A DNA stretch of 64,000 nt, taken from Chthoniobacterales bacterium. GTDB taxonomy: Bacteria > Verrucomicrobiota > Verrucomicrobiia > Chthoniobacterales > Chthoniobacteraceae. Of the stretch, positions 59,356-64,000 are shown piece after piece. Below the pieces are notes generated by a model. The model saw only the letters and a program-made list of their open reading frames with translations. It searched no databases and was not told the DNA's origin. Positions within the stretch are counted from its first letter, which is position 1; every line of letters starts with the position of its first letter. The stretch spans positions 64,001 to 128,000 of the forward strand of contig JBBQZX010000010.1 of the NCBI GenBank assembly GCA_038207335.1, read 5' to 3'. The translations under genes and the position numbers were made by a program.

Positions 59356-62300
59356 ATGACCGAGCAGTTTCAACGTGCCTTGAATCCCACGCTCGGATAC
59401 TGCCGTTGGATCGTCGTGCTAGCTCTCATCCTGCTCGGAATCCCCTCAGCGCAGGCCGCCACGCTCACATGGGATGCGGTGACATCGACGAGCAGGGTAC
59501 AGGAAGGTGATGGCACATGGACGGCGGGAGGCGTCACATTCTGGAATGGCACAACCAATGTGGCGACGGCGAATGAATTGGTCACGGATATCGCCCGCTT
59601 CGGCAATGGCGGAATGCTGGCCGAGGCGGCGACAATCAACGTCGGAACCCAAAGTATCAACGGCCTGATCTTTGGAGCGACGGTTACGAGCGGCTATACA
59701 TTGATCAGCGATGACACTTCCGTCCTTACGCTCGGCGCTGGCGGAATCGTGGTAAACACTGACGTGCAAGTCACGACCCTCGGCAGCGAGAACCTTTCAT
59801 TCATGCTCGGTGCGAACCAGACGTGGACGAACAACTCAGCCAATCCCTTGATTCTCGACGGTGCGGTGAACGGTGGAGGCAAGGTTTTGACAGTAAGTGG
59901 AACAGGGTTGGTGAATTTCGCCGCTGGTTTCTCGAACCTCGGGCTCAACTCCACCTTCAACTCGGGAACGAACATTAGCATCACAAGCGATTGCACGATC
60001 GGCACACCGCTTTTTGCCAATGGCAATACCACGATTTCCGCTGGCATGGTTCAGTCGTCCAATCAGATTGTGGTCATCAATAACACTGGGAACCTCACCG
60101 TCACTGGCGATGGAGTGATGTCGGGTAGCCAATTCCGTATCGGCAGCGTCAGCGGACAGGCTGCAAACCTAACTGTCAGTGAGACGGGTCAAGTCACGGC
60201 GGCGAGCAGTATCGAATTCAGCCATGCGGGCGGCACAGTCGCCAGTAACTTGAACCTCAATGGTGGGACTTTTACGACGCCCGTGGGCTTCACGATGACG
60301 GGAGTTGGAACGGTGAATTTCAACGGTGGCACACTTAAGCTCACCAGCACTTTGGCGGACCTCAAAGTGGGCGGTGCTGCGGTGCTCACTCTGAATGTCA
60401 GCGACGGCGCTGTAATCGATGTTGCGCCTTCCGTGACTGTCGGAGTCTCGCAGGTGCTGGCTCACGCAGGCGGTTCGGCGACCGATGGCGGGCTGATCAA
60501 AAGGGGCGCTGGGACGCTGGAGCTAAAAGCTACCAATACCTACACCGGCGACACCGATGTGGAGGAAGGAACTTTGAGTTTCACGACTGCATCGCTGAAT
60601 AACTTCTCCACCGTCACGGTGGCCGCCGGCGCGGTGTTGAAGTTGAATCATTCGCTGACCGACGCAGTAGCCGGCTTGACACTGGGTGGAGTCGTAAAAG
60701 CCGACGGCACCTATAACTCGGGCAACTCCGGGGGCTTCATCACCGGCACTGGCAGCCTATTGGTCGATTCCACGCCGGCGGCGGACGACCCATTAACCCA
60801 AGCATTCGCCGCGCTACGGGATCATATCAATGGTGCCATCACTCTCAACGCCGCGCAGATCAATACCAACGCGGCGACGATCCGCAGCAATGCCTCGAAG
60901 CTCGGCACCAACTCCGCCATCATCGCGACGCGCTCAGCCTAGTGACGCTCTATGAGACAAAGAAAGGCGCCTTGTTTGTCGCTACACCCACCCGGGGTGG
61001 CTATGACCGCGCGGCAACCGGCTTTGAACTTCCCAATGCCATGCTCACGCTGGAGCAGCGGATTTTGGACAACACGTATACCGCGGCCAGCCTCGCGTTG
61101 AATGAGAACTTGTTGAAGGGCTGGAAAATCGGGAGTTCCGCGCATTTCCCCGGCTCCGTGCCCCCGCCGGCAGACCCTTCAGCCTCGCGAACCGTGCAGA
61201 TCAATGCGTCACAGCCGAAAACCTTTGGCTCGCCGGTGCTCTACTACGACTACGATGCCCGCCGTCCCACGGGGTCCTACCTCGCGCCCGGCAGCATCGC
61301 CACTGTCACCGTGCCAGCAGCGCTGGTGAACAAAGGCTTCAAAGTCCGGGTCGGCGCCCATTCATGGGATCTGACGGCCAAGAGCCGAATCGAGCGCGTG
61401 GACCGGATCTCGCGCGTTTACTCCATCACCAGCACCACGACCAAGATCGCGCATCCGATGGGTGGCGGTATCTACATCGAGGTCCCTTACCTCGCGAATG
61501 CAGGCATCGTGTCCGTGCAAATTACCAACGCCGTCCGTTCGCCCTTCTTCTCGGCCACAAGTTTCCACCAGACCTCTCTTTCCGAGTGGCAGAATATTGA
61601 GCGCACTCAGCCGGGGCCGTGGGCGGACTTCGAGTCCGACAAATTCATGATGCAGGTCCCGCGCTCGTGGATTTATGCCTACTCCAACCCAGTCGCGCTG
61701 ATAGCGGACTGGGACAAGGCGATGGATGCCGTCTCCGACATGATGGGTCTGCCGCAGATCCGCTCCAAGACGGTGATGTATGCGCAGGTGGACGTGATCT
61801 TGCGGGCAGACGTCAACGCGCCCGGCTATCCGTGTGTCAACGACGCCTACGACCCCTACGCAGCCACCAATGGCAACAAGTCCCACTACCTCCTGACTGG
61901 CCCGCAGAACTCTCCTTGGGCGACCTTGCACGAACTAGGCCACTCGCAAAGCTTCACCAAGTTCACCGGCGAGGTGGAGTCCGCCGTGAACCTATTTTAT
62001 GTGGCTGTGCTGAACCGGAAATTCGGCAAGACTCTCGACTTTGCTTTTGGCGCGTCGATCGGGGCACCGAGCGACATGTCCACTGTGAACCTGCGCAATG
62101 TCTCGCTGATGTGGACTTTGAAAAGTGTGTTCCGCACCGGCAATAAGACAATGGTGCTGGCCGACATGAGTTATGAGCACAAGGGCCACGCAAAATACGT
62201 TGAGATCGCCAATCTGTTCGGATGGGATGCGCTGGGCGATTTTTGGAACTCAGTGCATCTCGACTACGAGAAGGGCATTTCGTACCCGGTCAACTCCGAT

Positions 62301-64000
62301 CCCACAGACAGCCGCATCGTGCGGATGTCAAAGGCTGCGGGCTTCGATTTGCGACCCTTGTTCCATTTTTGGGGAGTCCCTCCGCTGAACGCAACCAGCG
62401 TGCGGAACTCGATCGTCGCGGCGAAGCTGCCTGCCTCGGGAGCCCTCTACCGGCGCTTGAAATACTATCAAGCAGTCGTTCCCACGAGCCAGTCCGCTTA
62501 CAATAACTTTTACTACGCCATCGATCAGACCGGCGCAGACTCCGAGATCAAGGCACTGTTCACCAACAGCTCTTACACAACTGCGATTGCCGACAGCGCC
62601 AAAGCTGCCATCCAAGGGATCATCGATTTGTATTTTCCAAACGGTGACCCGGACTTGCTGAGCGCTAACTCTACTTGGGACATCCTGCCCGGCACCGCCG
62701 GGGCTGGCAATGGCACGATCACGAGCGCCGCTGGCACCTGGAGCACCACCGTCGCCAACTGGACCAATGACGGCGGCACGAACAACGTAGTCTGGACCAA
62801 CGATTCGCACGCCACATTCAACCCGGGAACCTACACGGTGACCGTGGCCAGCGGAGTCACCGTGCGCAACCTGACGGTGCCTGCGGGTGCAGGGAACATC
62901 ACTTTGAAAGCCGCGACCGACAACGGCGGCCTGACCCTCGGCACCAATCCACTGTGGACGCTCAATGATAGCGTCGTGACCCTCACCGCCGACTCCGTCA
63001 CCGACATCAAGCTAACCGTGAGCACCGGCAACACGCTGACGCTCACCGGATCGGGAACTTTCAACAGCGGCGAGAAGCCGACCGGTGCCGACTGGTCAGT
63101 CGCCGGCTCCGACCTCAGTGTCCAAGGCACGCTCACCCTGCGAGGCAATGTGCTGGGTGTCGGGAAGTTCGAGAGCATTGCGATGGCCGCGGGGACCAGC
63201 TTCGTCCACGAAAGGAACCAGACCGAGACTTACACGAATTCGTGGAGCCTGTCCGGCACCGGGCAGGTCAGCTACGGCACGCGCTACGCGGCCACGCCGA
63301 CTTATGTGGGAGTCATCTCCGGCTCAGGCGGGATGACCTTCAATGGAACGGCCATCGTCGCGGGCGACAACACTTACACCGGCACCACACTCGTCTCGAC
63401 GGGAACCATAAGCCTAACAGGAAACCGTACCGTTGCCTCGGGCGCAATCAGTGTTGGCAACGTCAACGGAAGCACGGCCACGCTCAATATTTCCAACGGC
63501 AGCTACACGACTGGCCCGATCACCGTCGGGTCCGGAGACGCCACGGCGGCCGGGATTGTAAACCAGACGGGCGGATCGCTGACCTTGAGCGCCACGCAGT
63601 TAATCCTCGGCAACGTGGGCAGCGGCACCACCGCAGGCACCGCCGCCTTCGGCACTTATAACCTGAGTGGCGGCACCTTGACCGGAGCGGCTGCCACCAC
63701 GCGCGGCATCATCCTCGGGACTAACAACGGCACCACCGGAATCTTCAACCTGAGCGGCAACGGGAATCTCGACATGAGCGCTGCGATCCTCATGGTTGGC
63801 CGCTCGGATACCGCGCTTACCGGGAGTTCAGGTTACTTCAATCAAACGGGCGGAGCTTCCGTGGTAGGAAATCTCACCGTCGCTGGCGGGACCGGCACAG
63901 GCAGCGTCGGCCACGTGGTTCTGACGGGCGGAACATTCACCGCGCTTGCATTCCCATCATTCGCCAACGCCGCCAACAGCACGGCTTCCATCACCATCGG
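59356..64000 (+). CDS. Passenger-repeat protein with embedded M60-like metallopeptidase; 1-nt frameshift near 60926; runs off the window end
   Basis: First frame ends at 60942. The -1 frame from 60927 stays open to 64000: DALSLVTLYE...RPTGSYLAPG...VRVGAHSWDL...HPMGGGIYIEVP...PWADFES...HELGH(61929-61943)SQSFTKFTGEVESAVN, then more passenger repeats. Confidence 0.85.

Overview
High-GC bacterial chromosome segment, most likely Verrucomicrobiota of the Chthoniobacter/Spartobacteria type. This is inferred from the PSCyt/DUF1549 protein, DUF1080, the DUF6797-like protein, AFTLIELL prepilin-like genes, an 'IEPLEARIAPA' surface protein and a PEP-CTERM passenger-repeat protein. Layout: (1) a partial cytochrome-c/DUF1549 gene and tRNA-Ser(CGA). 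(2) About 8-9 kb of visibly lower-GC, decaying accessory DNA after the tRNA, with small cargo genes, a PIN-domain protein, several pseudogenes, phage/plasmid-replication-like relics and an internally deleted MmeI-like methyltransferase scar. No integrase was found. (3) Core-like genes: metallophosphoesterase, glutathione peroxidase, CPA2-USP antiporter, a clan-A glycosidase, an ELWxxDGT protein, a prepilin-like/HK/RR operon, GH10 xylanase, a giant surface protein-sufE-tatD-ilvD run, an active plus catalytically dead Deg protease pair, DUF1080, a BaiN-like flavoprotein, a DUF6797-like protein and tRNA-CAT. (4) A cyclase-Ser/Thr kinase-TM-helical-repeat receptor, a 2.3k-aa metzincin/Calx-beta protein, GT4-glgB and a second prepilin-like paralogue. 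(5) A sulfatase scar followed by AraC, a PEP-CTERM adhesin-like protein and a frameshifted M60-like peptidase/passenger-repeat protein running off the end. No CRISPR array or rRNA was seen. Family assignments come from motif recognition, not database searches, and GC statements are by eye.
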